Counted from the first letter of the stretch, positions 1 through 10,771 are shown. The stretch: 55,174 bases of DNA from Flavobacteriales bacterium (GCA_018652335.1 JABICI010000141.1:1-55174), one strand, 5' to 3'. Made by a program: numbers and translations. Notes: generated from the letters alone by a model not told the origin.

Positions 1-447
1 CGCATAAATCTTTAATCGATCTCTAAAAGATATGTTTTTACTATTTATGTTATTGTAGTATTTAGCAAGTGCAAGGGCTGTTATAAATTTAGCAAATTCA
101 GAAGGTTGAAATTTAAATAATCCTAGCTCAAACCATGAAGATGCTCCTCCAGTTATTGCGCCTTGAAATAGTACTCCAATAAGTAGCAGAATTATTAGAA
201 AATAAAAGATATAAGTCATCGAATAAAAAAATTTCCAGTCAATGATTAAAATAATAAATCCAACAAAAAAGGAAATGCCAGAAAAAAACATTTGCTTTCC
301 ATATCTTGATGATAGATCAAGCATAAATGTAGAGTCGTCATTATATTGTGAAGCATAGATATTAATTATACCAAATAATACAAGAAAAGAATATAATAGA
401 ATACTTAGGCCATCTATATTATCAAAAATATTTTTAGCTTTTCTCAT
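1..447 (-). CDS. rodA: Rod-shape SEDS-family peptidoglycan polymerase RodA, N-terminal 149 codons (3' end lies beyond the window edge)
   Basis: Absent from the ORF track because it is open at the window edge. The minus-strand ATG at 447..445 overlaps the mrdA stop (ATGA). My translation MRKAKNIFDNIDGLSILLYSF...SSWFELGLFKFQPSEFAKFITALALAKYY runs without a stop to base 1. It carries the SEDS FQPSE/D-(F/I)-AK motif also present in ftsW here. Synteny is mreBCD-mrdA-rodA. Confidence 0.85.
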   Translation of the reverse strand, partial: MRKAKNIFDNIDGLSILLYSFLVLFGIINIYASQYNDDSTFMLDLSSRYGKQMFFSGISFFVGFIILIIDWKFFYSMTYIFYFLIILLLIGVLFQGAITGGASSWFELGLFKFQPSEFAKFITALALAKYYNNINSKNISFRDRLKIYA

Positions 448-2267
448 TCTAATCCAATTTTATTATTTGTAATGAATGATTCTAACTCTGTATTAGTTAT
501 TTTCTTATTTAGATATTTATCAATCATAAGTGACGCAATTGGAGATGCCCAAGTTGACCCCCATCCTCCATTTTCAACATATACAGCTATTGCAATATCC
601 GGCTTTTTTTTAGGAGCAAACGCAATAAATATTGAATGATCTTCACCATGAGGATTCTGGGCGGTTCCTGTTTTTCCACATATCTCAATATTAGGAATTT
701 TCGCATTTTTAGCTGTTCCATGTTTGCCTATAACTACTCTTTCCATGCCTTCGATAATTGGATTAAAATGCTGAGATTGAATTGAACAGAATTTTTTCTT
801 TGTAAAGTTTGTGTCAATTTGAATGTTATCTGAACTTCTTTTTAAAATATGAGGTGTGTAGTAGAAACCTTTATTTGCTAATATAGCACTCATATTTGCC
901 ATTTGAATTGGAGTTAAAAGTAATTCTCCTTGCCCAATAGCCATAGAGATAATTGTATTTGCATTCCAGCTCCCTCTATACAAATTATCGAAATATGATG
1001 ATTTAGGTAATTTTCCAGGAGCTCCTGAAATAAAATCATTATTCATATAATCTCCAATTCCAAAGCTAGAAACATGTGAATGCCAATTGTTATATGCGTC
1101 AATATTTGAGTTAAATTTTTTAAAATATTTATCAAACATATTACAGAAGTATGCATTACATGAAATTTCAATTGCATTAATGAGATTGACAGGATTTTCA
1201 TGTTCATGACATCCAACAAACTTGTCTTTTCCATAACTGTAGCCTAAGTCACCGCTACAACTATAATGGTTGTATCTACTAATCACTTTTTCTTCTAAAG
1301 CTATTAGTCCATTTACAAGTTTAAATATTGACCCAGGTGGATATGTGCCTTGTAAAGCTCTATTAAAAAGAGGTTTTTTCTTGTCTTTCGAAAGTTTAAT
1401 ATAATTTTCTGATCGTTTTCTCCCAATTAACAAATTTGGGTTATATGTTGGTGATGATATTAATGCTAATATCTCACCAGATGAAGGTTCAATAGCAACT
1501 ATTGCACCTATTTTATCTTTCATTAATTTCTCACCATATTCTTGTAGTTTAATATCTATAGTGGTTGTAAGTGTACTTCCTGATATTGATAATGTATCAA
1601 ACTTGCCACCTTGAAACTTTCCTTGATCTCTATTATGAACATCAACAAGTTTAATTTTCATGCCTTTATGACCTCTTAATTTTTCTTCATAGGCTGCTTC
1701 GACTCCAGAAACTCCAGATAAATCTCCTTTTGTATAGAACTTATCTTCTTCGGTTTTTTTTAAATTTACCTCTCCTAAGTATCCTATTACGTGAGTAGCA
1801 GTATTTGAAGGATACTCTCTCATTGTAATTTTTCTTAAATAAAATCCTGGAAATTGATAAAGATGTTCTCCAAGAGCACTTGCATTTTCTTTGCTAAGAT
1901 GCTTTATGAACACACTTTCTTTATAGCTAGAGTATTTAAATGCCTTATTGTATTTATCTATGAATTTTTCTCTAGAAATATTAACTAGTTGACAAAACTT
2001 TAAAGTATCCATTAATTTCTGTCTTAATTCTCTAGGCACAATCATTAGGTCATATGCAGGAACATTTGATACAATTAATGTACTATCTCTATCATAAATA
2101 AGACCTCTTACTGCTTGTTGAACATCATAGCGTAAGACATTATTATTTGCAGAGAATTTATAGTTTTCATTTATGACTTGGATATAAAATAATTTCGATA
2201 AAAAAATTAAAGCTACTAACAAAAAAATACTTGTAACAACTTTATATCTTCCCTCATATCGTTTCAT
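444..2267 (-). CDS. mrdA: Penicillin-binding protein 2 (elongasome class B transpeptidase)
   Basis: 607-aa ORF with an N-terminal TM anchor and the motifs SIFK (SxxK), SCN (SxN) and KTGTA (KTG). It sits between mreD and rodA, with ATGA overlaps on both sides. Confidence 0.9.
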   Translation of the reverse strand: MKRYEGRYKVVTSIFLLVALIFLSKLFYIQVINENYKFSANNNVLRYDVQQAVRGLIYDRDSTLIVSNVPAYDLMIVPRELRQKLMDTLKFCQLVNISREKFIDKYNKAFKYSSYKESVFIKHLSKENASALGEHLYQFPGFYLRKITMREYPSNTATHVIGYLGEVNLKKTEEDKFYTKGDLSGVSGVEAAYEEKLRGHKGMKIKLVDVHNRDQGKFQGGKFDTLSISGSTLTTTIDIKLQEYGEKLMKDKIGAIVAIEPSSGEILALISSPTYNPNLLIGRKRSENYIKLSKDKKKPLFNRALQGTYPPGSIFKLVNGLIALEEKVISRYNHYSCSGDLGYSYGKDKFVGCHEHENPVNLINAIEISCNAYFCNMFDKYFKKFNSNIDAYNNWHSHVSSFGIGDYMNNDFISGAPGKLPKSSYFDNLYRGSWNANTIISMAIGQGELLLTPIQMANMSAILANKGFYYTPHILKRSSDNIQIDTNFTKKKFCSIQSQHFNPIIEGMERVVIGKHGTAKNAKIPNIEICGKTGTAQNPHGEDHSIFIAFAPKKKPDIAIAVYVENGGWGSTWASPIASLMIDKYLNKKITNTELESFITNNKIGLE

Positions 2268-2767
2268 CTTTTAGATGGTTTTGATATTTCTATAATCAAT
2301 ATTAATATAAGAGTAATAATACTGCTAGCTAAAATTTTGAATCCAATAGCTAAACTAAAATGTAGATGCTCAAGAATAAATAAAACAGTATTATGAATTA
2401 AAATCAGTATAAGAGAAAAGCTCACAAAAGCTTTAGTCCCAATTTTATTTATTGTTGTATTATCATTCTCTCCAATAATATTATGAGGTATTGTAAATTT
2501 TGCTATTGCAGGTTTTAAAAATGCTATAAATACAGTTGCTGTAGTGTGAAATCCTAAACTCCCACTAAAAATATCAATTAGAAATCCAACTAAAAATGCA
2601 TAGAGTAGAAGGCTCCACTTATTAGGTTTAAGAGGCCAGCTGATAATTAAAGCTAAATAAATATAAGGATTAATGAATCTGTAAAATAGAACTTCATTTA
2701 AAATAAGAATTTGAATTAGAATATAAATTGGGAGTATCCAAAAATATTTTATGTAGATATTATTCAT
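2264..2767 (-). CDS. mreD: Rod shape-determining protein MreD
   Basis: 167-aa polytopic membrane ORF immediately after mreC and before mrdA. Size and position are typical of MreD. Confidence 0.75.
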   Translation of the reverse strand: MNNIYIKYFWILPIYILIQILILNEVLFYRFINPYIYLALIISWPLKPNKWSLLLYAFLVGFLIDIFSGSLGFHTTATVFIAFLKPAIAKFTIPHNIIGENDNTTINKIGTKAFVSFSLILILIHNTVLFILEHLHFSLAIGFKILASSIITLILILIIEISKPSKR

Positions 2768-3575
2768 CTGTTTTTACTTGATTTTCTAAAGTATTCTGTT
2801 CATCTTTATTTACCGAATAAATCACATATACATGGCTTAAATTATTGAAATCTTCTATTAATTCTATATTAATAGAATAAAAACCCTCAGTATTATTCTT
2901 TTTATAATCAGAGATTAATCCAATATTGATTCCTTCAGGAAAAATTTTACTATAACTATTAGTTGTAATAGTATCTCCTTTGTTTATTGGAACATGCACA
3001 GGAAGATCATTGATTTGTGCATTTCTGTAATTAAATCCATCCCATGTTAGTATTGCGGTATGCCTGTTTTTCTTTATAAAAACTCCTGTTGAAGCTTTCT
3101 TATTTAATAATGAAATAACTACTGAGTAGTTTCTACTGACAGAGTGGATGATACCAATAACCCCATTTCTTGTAACAACCCCCATACCTTTTTTAACTCC
3201 GTCTTTTATGCCTTTATTTAGTGTAATAAAGTTGTTTCTTTTGTTTATTGAGTTATTAATAATTTTTGCGGATAAAAAATTAAACTTTTCTTTTTCAATA
3301 ATTTTTGAATCAAGAGAATTATTTGTTGAATTTAATAAGCTATATAATTTAGCATTTTCTAATACCAAATAATTATTTATTTTCTTAAGCCTCATATAAT
3401 CAGTTAAATAATTTTTATAGTCATAAATTTTACCAGTATATTGTGTGGTATAATTTGCTAATTTATTTGCTTGAAAAGAGTTGTTGTTAATTAAAATAGA
3501 AATCGATAATCCTTCTACTAGTATGAATACGAGTAAAAATTGATTTAGTTTTATAAATCTTATAAGATTATGCAT
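2760..3575 (-). CDS. mreC: Rod shape-determining protein MreC
   Basis: 271-aa ORF with an N-terminal anchor, a coiled-coil-like segment and a beta-rich C-terminal region. It lies directly downstream of mreB. Confidence 0.8.
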   Translation of the reverse strand: MHNLIRFIKLNQFLLVFILVEGLSISILINNNSFQANKLANYTTQYTGKIYDYKNYLTDYMRLKKINNYLVLENAKLYSLLNSTNNSLDSKIIEKEKFNFLSAKIINNSINKRNNFITLNKGIKDGVKKGMGVVTRNGVIGIIHSVSRNYSVVISLLNKKASTGVFIKKNRHTAILTWDGFNYRNAQINDLPVHVPINKGDTITTNSYSKIFPEGINIGLISDYKKNNTEGFYSINIELIEDFNNLSHVYVIYSVNKDEQNTLENQVKTDE

Positions 3576-3583
3576 TAGTATAA

Positions 3584-4606
3584 CTATCGCATTAAAAATG
3601 TATACCTGTCAGTATTTTTAAGTGCTATTCCAGTTCCTCTTGCTACAGCTCTTAATGGATCTTCTGCAACATATACAGGGAGTTTAGTTTTTTTAGAAAT
3701 TCTCTTGTCTAGCCCTCTAAGCATTGACCCTCCACCAGTTAGATATAACCCCTCATTATAAATGTCAGCAGATAGTGCTGGTGGAGTGTTGAATAGTGCA
3801 CTCATTACTGCTTCTTCAATTTGCTCAATAGAATTGCTTAATGCGCCAGCAATTTCTTTGTATGTAACTATAACTTCTTTTGGAATTCCGCTCATTAAGT
3901 CTCTTCCGTGAACTGCATAATTTGGTGGTGGATCTTCAAGTTCAGTTAAAGCTGATCCACAATGAATCTTTATTTGTTCGGCCATAATATCTCCAATTGC
4001 TATATTATGTCTAGTTTTCATATGGTATTGAATATTTGCTGTTAGTTCATCTCCAGCAACTCTAATTGATTTATCACATACAATTCCGCCTAAAGATATG
4101 ACGGCAATTTCTGTTGTTCCACCTCCTATATCAATAACCATATTTCCTTTAGGTTCAAGAACATCAATCCCAATCCCAATTGCAGCGGCCATTGGTTCAT
4201 GTATCAACCACACATCTTTAGCTCCAGCATGTTCAGCAGAATCAATAACTGCTCTTTTTTCAACTTCAGTAACTCCTGAGGGTATGCAAACGACCATTTT
4301 TAATGAAGGTGCAAAAACACTTCCTTTCATGTTTAACATTTCTATGAAACCTCTAATCATTTGTTCAGAAGCTTGAAAGTCTGCAATTACACCATCTTTT
4401 AAGGGTCTTAGTGTTTCAATTTGTTGATGTGTTTTTCCATGCATTTGCTGTGCTCTTTTTCCAATCGCTACTATTTCTCCAGTTCGAATATTTTTTGCAA
4501 CAATTGAAGGTTCATCAACAACTACCTTGTCATTATGGATAATCAAAGTGTTTGCAGTTCCTAAATCGATTGCAATAGCTTCCTGCATAAAGTCAAATAA
4601 TCCCAT
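3584..4606 (-). CDS. mreB: Actin-like rod shape-determining protein MreB
   Basis: 340 aa with the actin-fold phosphate motifs DLGTANT and DIGGGTTE. Full-length MreB-like sequence. Confidence 0.95.
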   Translation of the reverse strand: MGLFDFMQEAIAIDLGTANTLIIHNDKVVVDEPSIVAKNIRTGEIVAIGKRAQQMHGKTHQQIETLRPLKDGVIADFQASEQMIRGFIEMLNMKGSVFAPSLKMVVCIPSGVTEVEKRAVIDSAEHAGAKDVWLIHEPMAAAIGIGIDVLEPKGNMVIDIGGGTTEIAVISLGGIVCDKSIRVAGDELTANIQYHMKTRHNIAIGDIMAEQIKIHCGSALTELEDPPPNYAVHGRDLMSGIPKEVIVTYKEIAGALSNSIEQIEEAVMSALFNTPPALSADIYNEGLYLTGGGSMLRGLDKRISKKTKLPVYVAEDPLRAVARGTGIALKNTDRYTFLMR

Positions 4607-4617
4607 ACTATTAATTT

Positions 4618-6144
4618 TTAATGTTTAAAATGTCTTGTTCCTGTTAGAACCATTACAACTCTATTTTTATCACAAAAATCTATAGATAATTGATCATTTA
4701 TTGAGCCTCCTGGTTGAATAACAGCTTTAATGCCAGCATCTTTAGCTAATTCAACACAATCTGGAAATGGGAAAAAAGCGTCAGATGCCATAGCACTATT
4801 TTTCAAATTAAGTCCAAATGATTTAGCCTTAACAACAGCTTGTTTTAGTGCATCTACTCTTGAAGTTTGACCAACTCCGCTTGCAAGCAGTTGCTTATTT
4901 TTTACGAACACGATAGTGTTAGATTTTGTGTGTTTACATATTTTAGATGCAAATACAAGATCAGTTAATTGATTGTTGTCAGGTTTTGTCTGTGTTACTG
5001 TTCTCATATCAGTCTTAAGGTCTGTTTTTAAATCTTTTTCTTGAAATAAGATACCATCTAAAACAGTTCGAAACTGTTCTTTTGGTAAACTAATATTTTT
5101 TTGTTTAAGCAGAACTCTTTTTTTCTTTTTACTTAATAAATTTAAAGCTTCTTTGCTAAATGATGGAGCAATTAAAACTTCGTAGAATAATTTATTTATC
5201 TCACTTGCAGTTTCAAGATCAATTTCTTTATTAGTTATTAATACACCTCCAAAGGCAGATGTTGGGTCGCCTGCCAAGGCATCTTTCCAAGCATCAACTA
5301 ATTTTAATCGACTTGCAACTCCACATGCATTATTATGCTTTAAAACTGCAAAAGTCGTTTCATTAAATTCAGATATAAGATTTACTGCAGCATCTATATC
5401 TAAAATATTATTGTACGATAATTCTTTTCCATTAAGTTGAGTAAACATATTATCAAGATTTCCAAAAAATGAACCTTTTTGATGAGGATTTTCTCCGTAT
5501 CGTAAAGTTTTTTGCTGTCGAATACTATGTTTAAACACTCTTTCTTCTTCTTCCTTATTAAAGTAATTGAAAATTGCACAGTCGTAGTGAGATGTTACAT
5601 TGAACGCATTTATAGCAAATCTTTTTCTGTATTCTAAGTTTGTGTTTCCTTGATTTGTATTAAGCATGTCTAATGTTTCTTGATATTGACTTAATTCAGA
5701 AACAACTAGAACATCTTTATAGTTTTTGGCAGCAGCTCTGATTAGAGATATACCTCCAATATCAATTTTCTCAATAATCTCTTGCTCAGAAGCATTTGAT
5801 TTAATTGTTTTTTCAAATGGATAAAGATCAACAATAACTAAATCAAACTCTGGTATCTGATATTCATCTAATTGTTCTTTATCAGACTTTTCGTCTCTTC
5901 TGGAAAGAATCCCCCCAAATACGTTAGGATGTAACGTCTTAACTCTTCCGGCTAGTATTGATGGATAAGACGTGAGGTCTTCTACTCGATTTACATCAAT
6001 ATTTTGTTTTTTGATGTAATTCTCTGTACCTCCAGTTGAATAAATATTTATGTTTAATTCGTTAAGTTTCTTTACAATTGGAGCTAAGCCATCTTTATGA
6101 AATACTGATATAAGAGCGTTTTTTATTTTTCTGTTGTTTTGCAT
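4618..6144 (-). CDS. purH: Bifunctional AICAR transformylase / IMP cyclohydrolase
   Basis: 508 aa. The N-terminal MGS-like domain (ALISVFHKDGL...) and the C-terminal AICARFT domain ending ...TGTRHFKH are typical of PurH. Confidence 0.93.
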   Translation of the reverse strand: MQNNRKIKNALISVFHKDGLAPIVKKLNELNINIYSTGGTENYIKKQNIDVNRVEDLTSYPSILAGRVKTLHPNVFGGILSRRDEKSDKEQLDEYQIPEFDLVIVDLYPFEKTIKSNASEQEIIEKIDIGGISLIRAAAKNYKDVLVVSELSQYQETLDMLNTNQGNTNLEYRKRFAINAFNVTSHYDCAIFNYFNKEEEERVFKHSIRQQKTLRYGENPHQKGSFFGNLDNMFTQLNGKELSYNNILDIDAAVNLISEFNETTFAVLKHNNACGVASRLKLVDAWKDALAGDPTSAFGGVLITNKEIDLETASEINKLFYEVLIAPSFSKEALNLLSKKKKRVLLKQKNISLPKEQFRTVLDGILFQEKDLKTDLKTDMRTVTQTKPDNNQLTDLVFASKICKHTKSNTIVFVKNKQLLASGVGQTSRVDALKQAVVKAKSFGLNLKNSAMASDAFFPFPDCVELAKDAGIKAVIQPGGSINDQLSIDFCDKNRVVMVLTGTRHFKH

Positions 6145-6238
6145 TTTTCTTTCTTAAGACTATCTGCAATTTTACTTAAATATTAGGTCAATATGAAATG
6201 AAAAGATATCAAAAAAAAAGAATGTTAATAAGTTGTTT

Positions 6239-9200
6239 CTATTGTTGATTAAATGAGATTTTTAAAATTGATTGACAGATTTTAAGTGCATCTTCAATGT
6301 TATAAATATTTATAACAACTAATGAAAGTTTTTGTTTTTTTTCCTTCATCTCACAATCTTTAAAATTTTTTTTCAAATATTCTAGAACTAGTTTAAATGC
6401 TTCAGATTTATAGTATTTCTCATTATCGTGGTCTGTGAAATAAGCTCGCATTTGATTATTTTTTAGTAAAATTCGTTCAAAGCCAATTTTTTTTGCTAAC
6501 CATCTTAGTCTTAAAGCATCATAAATATTATTAATTGCCAGTGGAATATCACCAAATCTATCTTTTAATCTGATCTGAAAACTTGTAATTTCTTCTTCAC
6601 TTTTAAGGTTATTTAACTCTTTATATAGATTAATTCTTTCACTAACGTTACTTACATAACTATCTGGAATGAGGATTTCTAAATCTGTGTCTAAAACACA
6701 TTCTTTAGTGAAAAATTGCTCTTTTTGTTCATTAAATAAGTCTTGAAATTTTTCTCTTTTTAGTTCTTCTATTGCTTCATTTAGAATCTTTTGGTATGTT
6801 TCAAATCCAATATCATTTATAAAGCCAGATTGATCTGCACCTAAAAGATCTCCGGCACCTCTTATATCTAGATCTCTCATTGCAATTTTAAATCCACTAC
6901 CTAAATTTGAGAACTGCTCTAAAGCAATTAGTCTTTTTCGACTTTTTTCAGATAATTGATGAGTTGGAGGACTAATTAAGTAGCAGAAAGCTTTTTTATT
7001 ACTTCTTCCAACCCTTCCTCTCATTTGATGCAGATCACTTAGACCAAAATTTTGTGCATTGTTAATAATAATTGTATTAGCATTTGCAATATCAACTCCA
7101 TTTTCAATAATTGTTGTAGAAACTAAGACGTCAAAATCTCCTTCAATAAATTCAATCATCAACTCCTCAAGTTTTTTCCCTTCCATCTTGCCATGACCTA
7201 TTCTAACTTTAGCATCAGGACAAAGTCTTTGAATTAATCCTGAAACATCTTTGATGTTCTCGACTCTGTTGTGAATAAAAAAAACTTGACCATTTCTAGC
7301 CATTTCATAGCTTATGATATCACGGATCTTCTCTTCAGACATCCCCATTATTGTAGTTTCAATTGTTTGTCTATTTGGAGGAGGAGTATTAATAATTGAT
7401 AAATCTCTTGCGCCTAATAACGAAAATTGTAATGTTCTTGGGATAGGAGTTGCACTTAATGTTAGTGTGTCTATATTCTCTTTAAAAAGCTTTAGTTTAT
7501 CTTTAATATTCACTCCAAATTTCTGCTCTTCATCTATAATCATAAGCCCTAAATCAAGGAATTTTACATCTTTACCTACAATTCTATGGGTCCCGATTAG
7601 AATATCTATATTTCCATTTGCTACTTTTTCTAGTGTTATTTTCTGCTCCTTTTTTGATTTAAATCTATTTATGTAATCAATTTGACATGGGAAGTTTTTT
7701 AACCGTTTTTTGAATGTTTTATAATGTTGTAATGCTAGAATTGTTGTCGGGACAAGTATCGCAACTTGTTTGCTGTCTGATACAGCTTTAAAGGCAGCGC
7801 GAATTGCAACCTCGGTTTTTCCAAAACCTACATCTCCACATATTAATCGATCCATAGGAATTTCCTGTTCCATATCTTTTTTAATATCAGATGTAGCTTT
7901 AGTTTGATCTGGGGTGTCTTCAAAAATAAAAGAAGATTCTAGTTCATATTGTAAATAGGTATCTGGAGTAAATGCAAATCCTTTTTTTAATCTTCGTTTT
8001 GCATAAAGTTGAATCAAATCAAACGCAATCTGTTTTACTTTTACTTTAGTTTTTTCTTTATTTTTTTTCCAAATAGGAGAGCCTAACTGATTTATTTTTG
8101 GCTCCAATCCTTCTTTTGCTGAAAACTTGGAGATTTTATGCAGCGAGTGAATACTAATGTATAAAATATCACCTTCCTTATAAGTAAGCTTTATTACTTC
8201 TTGAAATTTTCCGTGATTATCAATCTTATGTAGACCCTCAAACTTTCCAATACCATGATCAATATGAGTGACAAAATCACCAATTGTTAGTGAGGTAAGT
8301 TGTTTGATTGATATTGCCTGTGAGTCAGTAAATTTAGTTTTAGGACTAAATTTGTGATACCTGTTAAAGATCTCATGATCAGTGTATATAGCCTGCTTAT
8401 TGGTATAATCAATAAATCCTTCTTTTAAAGAGAATAAAATACATTTATATTCGAAACTTTGATCTGAATTATTAAAGATAGACGTGAATCTTTCTTCCTG
8501 TTCATCTGATGAACAGAGTATTATGTTTTCAATGCCATCGTTATTATTTTTTATAAAATCTTCTCTAAGGAGATCAAATTGTTTGTTAATTCTTGTTAAA
8601 GATGATGTATTTGTATTTATAACTTTAGCAGTTTTAAAATACCTTTTATTATTTACCTCAATAATTGAAAATTTATTTAGCTGACTTGTAAATTCAAATC
8701 CATTAGTAAAAATATTTTCTGGTAAAAGATGTTGGGTTATACTATCTTCTATTTTTTTTTCATGTTCTTTACTTACTTTATTAAAGTAGTCATTAAGTAT
8801 GTCTTTTGTATAATTAATATCTTTTGTCCAAACAGTTGTGCTTTTTGGTAAATAGTCTAAGATGCTAACCTGATAATCAGTACTTTTTTTTGCTTCTGTA
8901 TTAGGAATTATAGTGATTTTATTTGATGTCTTAACAGATAGTTGTGAATTTATATCAAACGTTCTTATACTTTCAATAGTTGTGTCAAAAAATTCTAATC
9001 TGAATGGCAATTCATCTGCAAAAGAGTATACATCTATAATGCCACCTCTAATTGAGAACTGTCCAGGTTCAGTGATAAAATCAACTTTCTTAAAATTTAA
9101 ATTTAATATCATTTGTTCTAATATCTCAATTTCAATCTGGTCAGAAATCTTTAATGTAATAGAATTTTTTTTCAACTCTTTTCTACTTACTACCTTTTCA

Positions 9201-9583
9201 GATAACGCTTCCGGATAAGTAATGATTATAGGATTTCTTTTTTGAATAAGTTTGTTTAATACTTCAATTCTTAGTAGAATATTTGCATTATCTGTTTCTT
9301 CAATTTGATATGCTCTTCTGTATGATGCAGGAAAAAAAAAGACCTCATAGTTAAGTAGCCTTTCTATATCATTTGTGAAGTATGAAGCCTCCTCCTTATT
9401 ATTTAAAATAAACAAATGTGGAGTAATACTATCTATAACGACTCCACTTGCAGTAGTTGCAAAAGAGGACCCTATTAAACCTGATGCTTGTATTTTAACT
9501 CCTTGATTTTCTAACGCTTTTTTTATTGCATTAGATTGTTTTGGTATGCCAAAGTGAGTTAGTATTGGAGCTGCTTGAGGCAA
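6239..9583 (-). CDS. mfd: Transcription-repair coupling factor Mfd
   Basis: 1114 aa with Walker A GDVGFGKTEVA, a DEEQKFG box and a superfamily-2 helicase core plus a CarD/TRCF-like region. The only in-frame start upstream of the conserved N-terminus is a TTG at 9583..9581, which abuts the pfp stop. Confidence 0.93.
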   Translation of the reverse strand: MPQAAPILTHFGIPKQSNAIKKALENQGVKIQASGLIGSSFATTASGVVIDSITPHLFILNNKEEASYFTNDIERLLNYEVFFFPASYRRAYQIEETDNANILLRIEVLNKLIQKRNPIIITYPEALSEKVVSRKELKKNSITLKISDQIEIEILEQMILNLNFKKVDFITEPGQFSIRGGIIDVYSFADELPFRLEFFDTTIESIRTFDINSQLSVKTSNKITIIPNTEAKKSTDYQVSILDYLPKSTTVWTKDINYTKDILNDYFNKVSKEHEKKIEDSITQHLLPENIFTNGFEFTSQLNKFSIIEVNNKRYFKTAKVINTNTSSLTRINKQFDLLREDFIKNNNDGIENIILCSSDEQEERFTSIFNNSDQSFEYKCILFSLKEGFIDYTNKQAIYTDHEIFNRYHKFSPKTKFTDSQAISIKQLTSLTIGDFVTHIDHGIGKFEGLHKIDNHGKFQEVIKLTYKEGDILYISIHSLHKISKFSAKEGLEPKINQLGSPIWKKNKEKTKVKVKQIAFDLIQLYAKRRLKKGFAFTPDTYLQYELESSFIFEDTPDQTKATSDIKKDMEQEIPMDRLICGDVGFGKTEVAIRAAFKAVSDSKQVAILVPTTILALQHYKTFKKRLKNFPCQIDYINRFKSKKEQKITLEKVANGNIDILIGTHRIVGKDVKFLDLGLMIIDEEQKFGVNIKDKLKLFKENIDTLTLSATPIPRTLQFSLLGARDLSIINTPPPNRQTIETTIMGMSEEKIRDIISYEMARNGQVFFIHNRVENIKDVSGLIQRLCPDAKVRIGHGKMEGKKLEELMIEFIEGDFDVLVSTTIIENGVDIANANTIIINNAQNFGLSDLHQMRGRVGRSNKKAFCYLISPPTHQLSEKSRKRLIALEQFSNLGSGFKIAMRDLDIRGAGDLLGADQSGFINDIGFETYQKILNEAIEELKREKFQDLFNEQKEQFFTKECVLDTDLEILIPDSYVSNVSERINLYKELNNLKSEEEITSFQIRLKDRFGDIPLAINNIYDALRLRWLAKKIGFERILLKNNQMRAYFTDHDNEKYYKSEAFKLVLEYLKKNFKDCEMKEKKQKLSLVVINIYNIEDALKICQSILKISFNQQ

Positions 9584-10771
9584 TTATATTTTATTAATTT
9601 CTTTTATCATTTTTTTATACCAATCAACTGATGTGTCAAAAGGCTTTCCTCCTTTAATTCTGTCAAAATTTATACACGAAAGTTTATTATTATCTTCATC
9701 TACTCCAATAACACCACTTATGTTATTTTTAGCACTTTTCACAGCATAATCACAAAAGGAGAAAATTAATTTCAAATCATTCTCGTTAGCTTTAGCTGAT
9801 CTTGAAAAGTAACCGCTTTTTTGAATTAGTATTTTGTTTGCATTTAATTTCTCTCCAAATTTTTTTGCAAACCATTTACCAGCATTTAAATCGTCAAGTC
9901 TAACGTGACCAAATGCATCATATAATATATTTTTCTTGCTATCCTTAGCTTCTTTAATTATTAAGTCATAGCCAGCTCCTTCAGATAAAAATATATTTAC
10001 ACAATCATATTTATCCATTATTTTATTTAATCGAGAACATTCTTTGTCAAATTTAATCTTATTTTCAGGAACAAAAATTGAATGAATATCCCATTTTTTC
10101 TTTAAGAGTTTAATTTCATCAATAAAATGTTTCTTTTTTAGCTTTTCTCTGTATTTGTAAGCTGTTGCAGCTGTTAGCCAGCCACAATTTCTTCCCATTA
10201 TTTCATGTATAATTAGTTGCCTGTTTGATGTTGTATTTTCATTAACAATATTCTCAAAAAATAAAGCCCCTTGTTCAGCAGCCGTATCTGCACCCAATGA
10301 TTGAGCTATTGGAAACACATCATTATCAATTGTCTTTGGTAATCCTACCACTGTTAGTTCGTAGTTGTTTTTTTTTAGGAATCTTGATAAATCCGCTGCA
10401 GTAGTATTTGTGTCATCACCTCCAATTGTGTGCAAAATTGTCACCCCATCCGTAACTAATTGATCAGCGGCTATTTTTAATGGATGTTCACCTTCTTTAA
10501 TTAAGCCTTGATTTAAACAATCTTTCAAATTAGTTAATTTTACCCTGCTGTTACCGATAGGAGAGCCTCCAAATTGATAAAATTTATTTATATTTTTTAG
10601 TATTGATTTTGGAAAGCAAATAGATTTGCCTAACAGTAAACCTTTGTATCCATTTAGGTATCCAATTATTTGTGTATTTGGATCTTCTGATAAATAGTTT
10701 TCGATTAATCTTCCTAAAGATGCTGACAAGCATGGAGCTAGCCCTCCTGAAGTCAATATTCCAATTTTCAT
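9584..10771 (-). CDS. pfp: Phosphofructokinase-family enzyme, predicted pyrophosphate-dependent (diphosphate--fructose-6-phosphate 1-phosphotransferase)
   Basis: 395 aa with PFK motifs GILTSGGLAPCLS, TIGGDDTNTTA and GLPKTIDNDV. GGDD (Asp rather than Gly) and PKTIDND (Lys rather than Gly) are the residues that distinguish PPi- from ATP-dependent PFKs. Confidence 0.7.
   Translation of the reverse strand: MKIGILTSGGLAPCLSASLGRLIENYLSEDPNTQIIGYLNGYKGLLLGKSICFPKSILKNINKFYQFGGSPIGNSRVKLTNLKDCLNQGLIKEGEHPLKIAADQLVTDGVTILHTIGGDDTNTTAADLSRFLKKNNYELTVVGLPKTIDNDVFPIAQSLGADTAAEQGALFFENIVNENTTSNRQLIIHEIMGRNCGWLTAATAYKYREKLKKKHFIDEIKLLKKKWDIHSIFVPENKIKFDKECSRLNKIMDKYDCVNIFLSEGAGYDLIIKEAKDSKKNILYDAFGHVRLDDLNAGKWFAKKFGEKLNANKILIQKSGYFSRSAKANENDLKLIFSFCDYAVKSAKNNISGVIGVDEDNNKLSCINFDRIKGGKPFDTSVDWYKKMIKEINKI

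Noticed and set aside
7314-7676. 120-aa plus-strand ORF inside mfd. The ORFs at 8484..8684, 8913..9218, 3148..3372, 4098..4376, 17721..17978 and 18657..18881 are similar.
   Set aside because: Each lies wholly antisense within a gene that has clear conserved motifs. The translations are low-complexity (I/L/S/F-rich). None has a TAnnTTTG box or independent start context. They are typical shadow ORFs.
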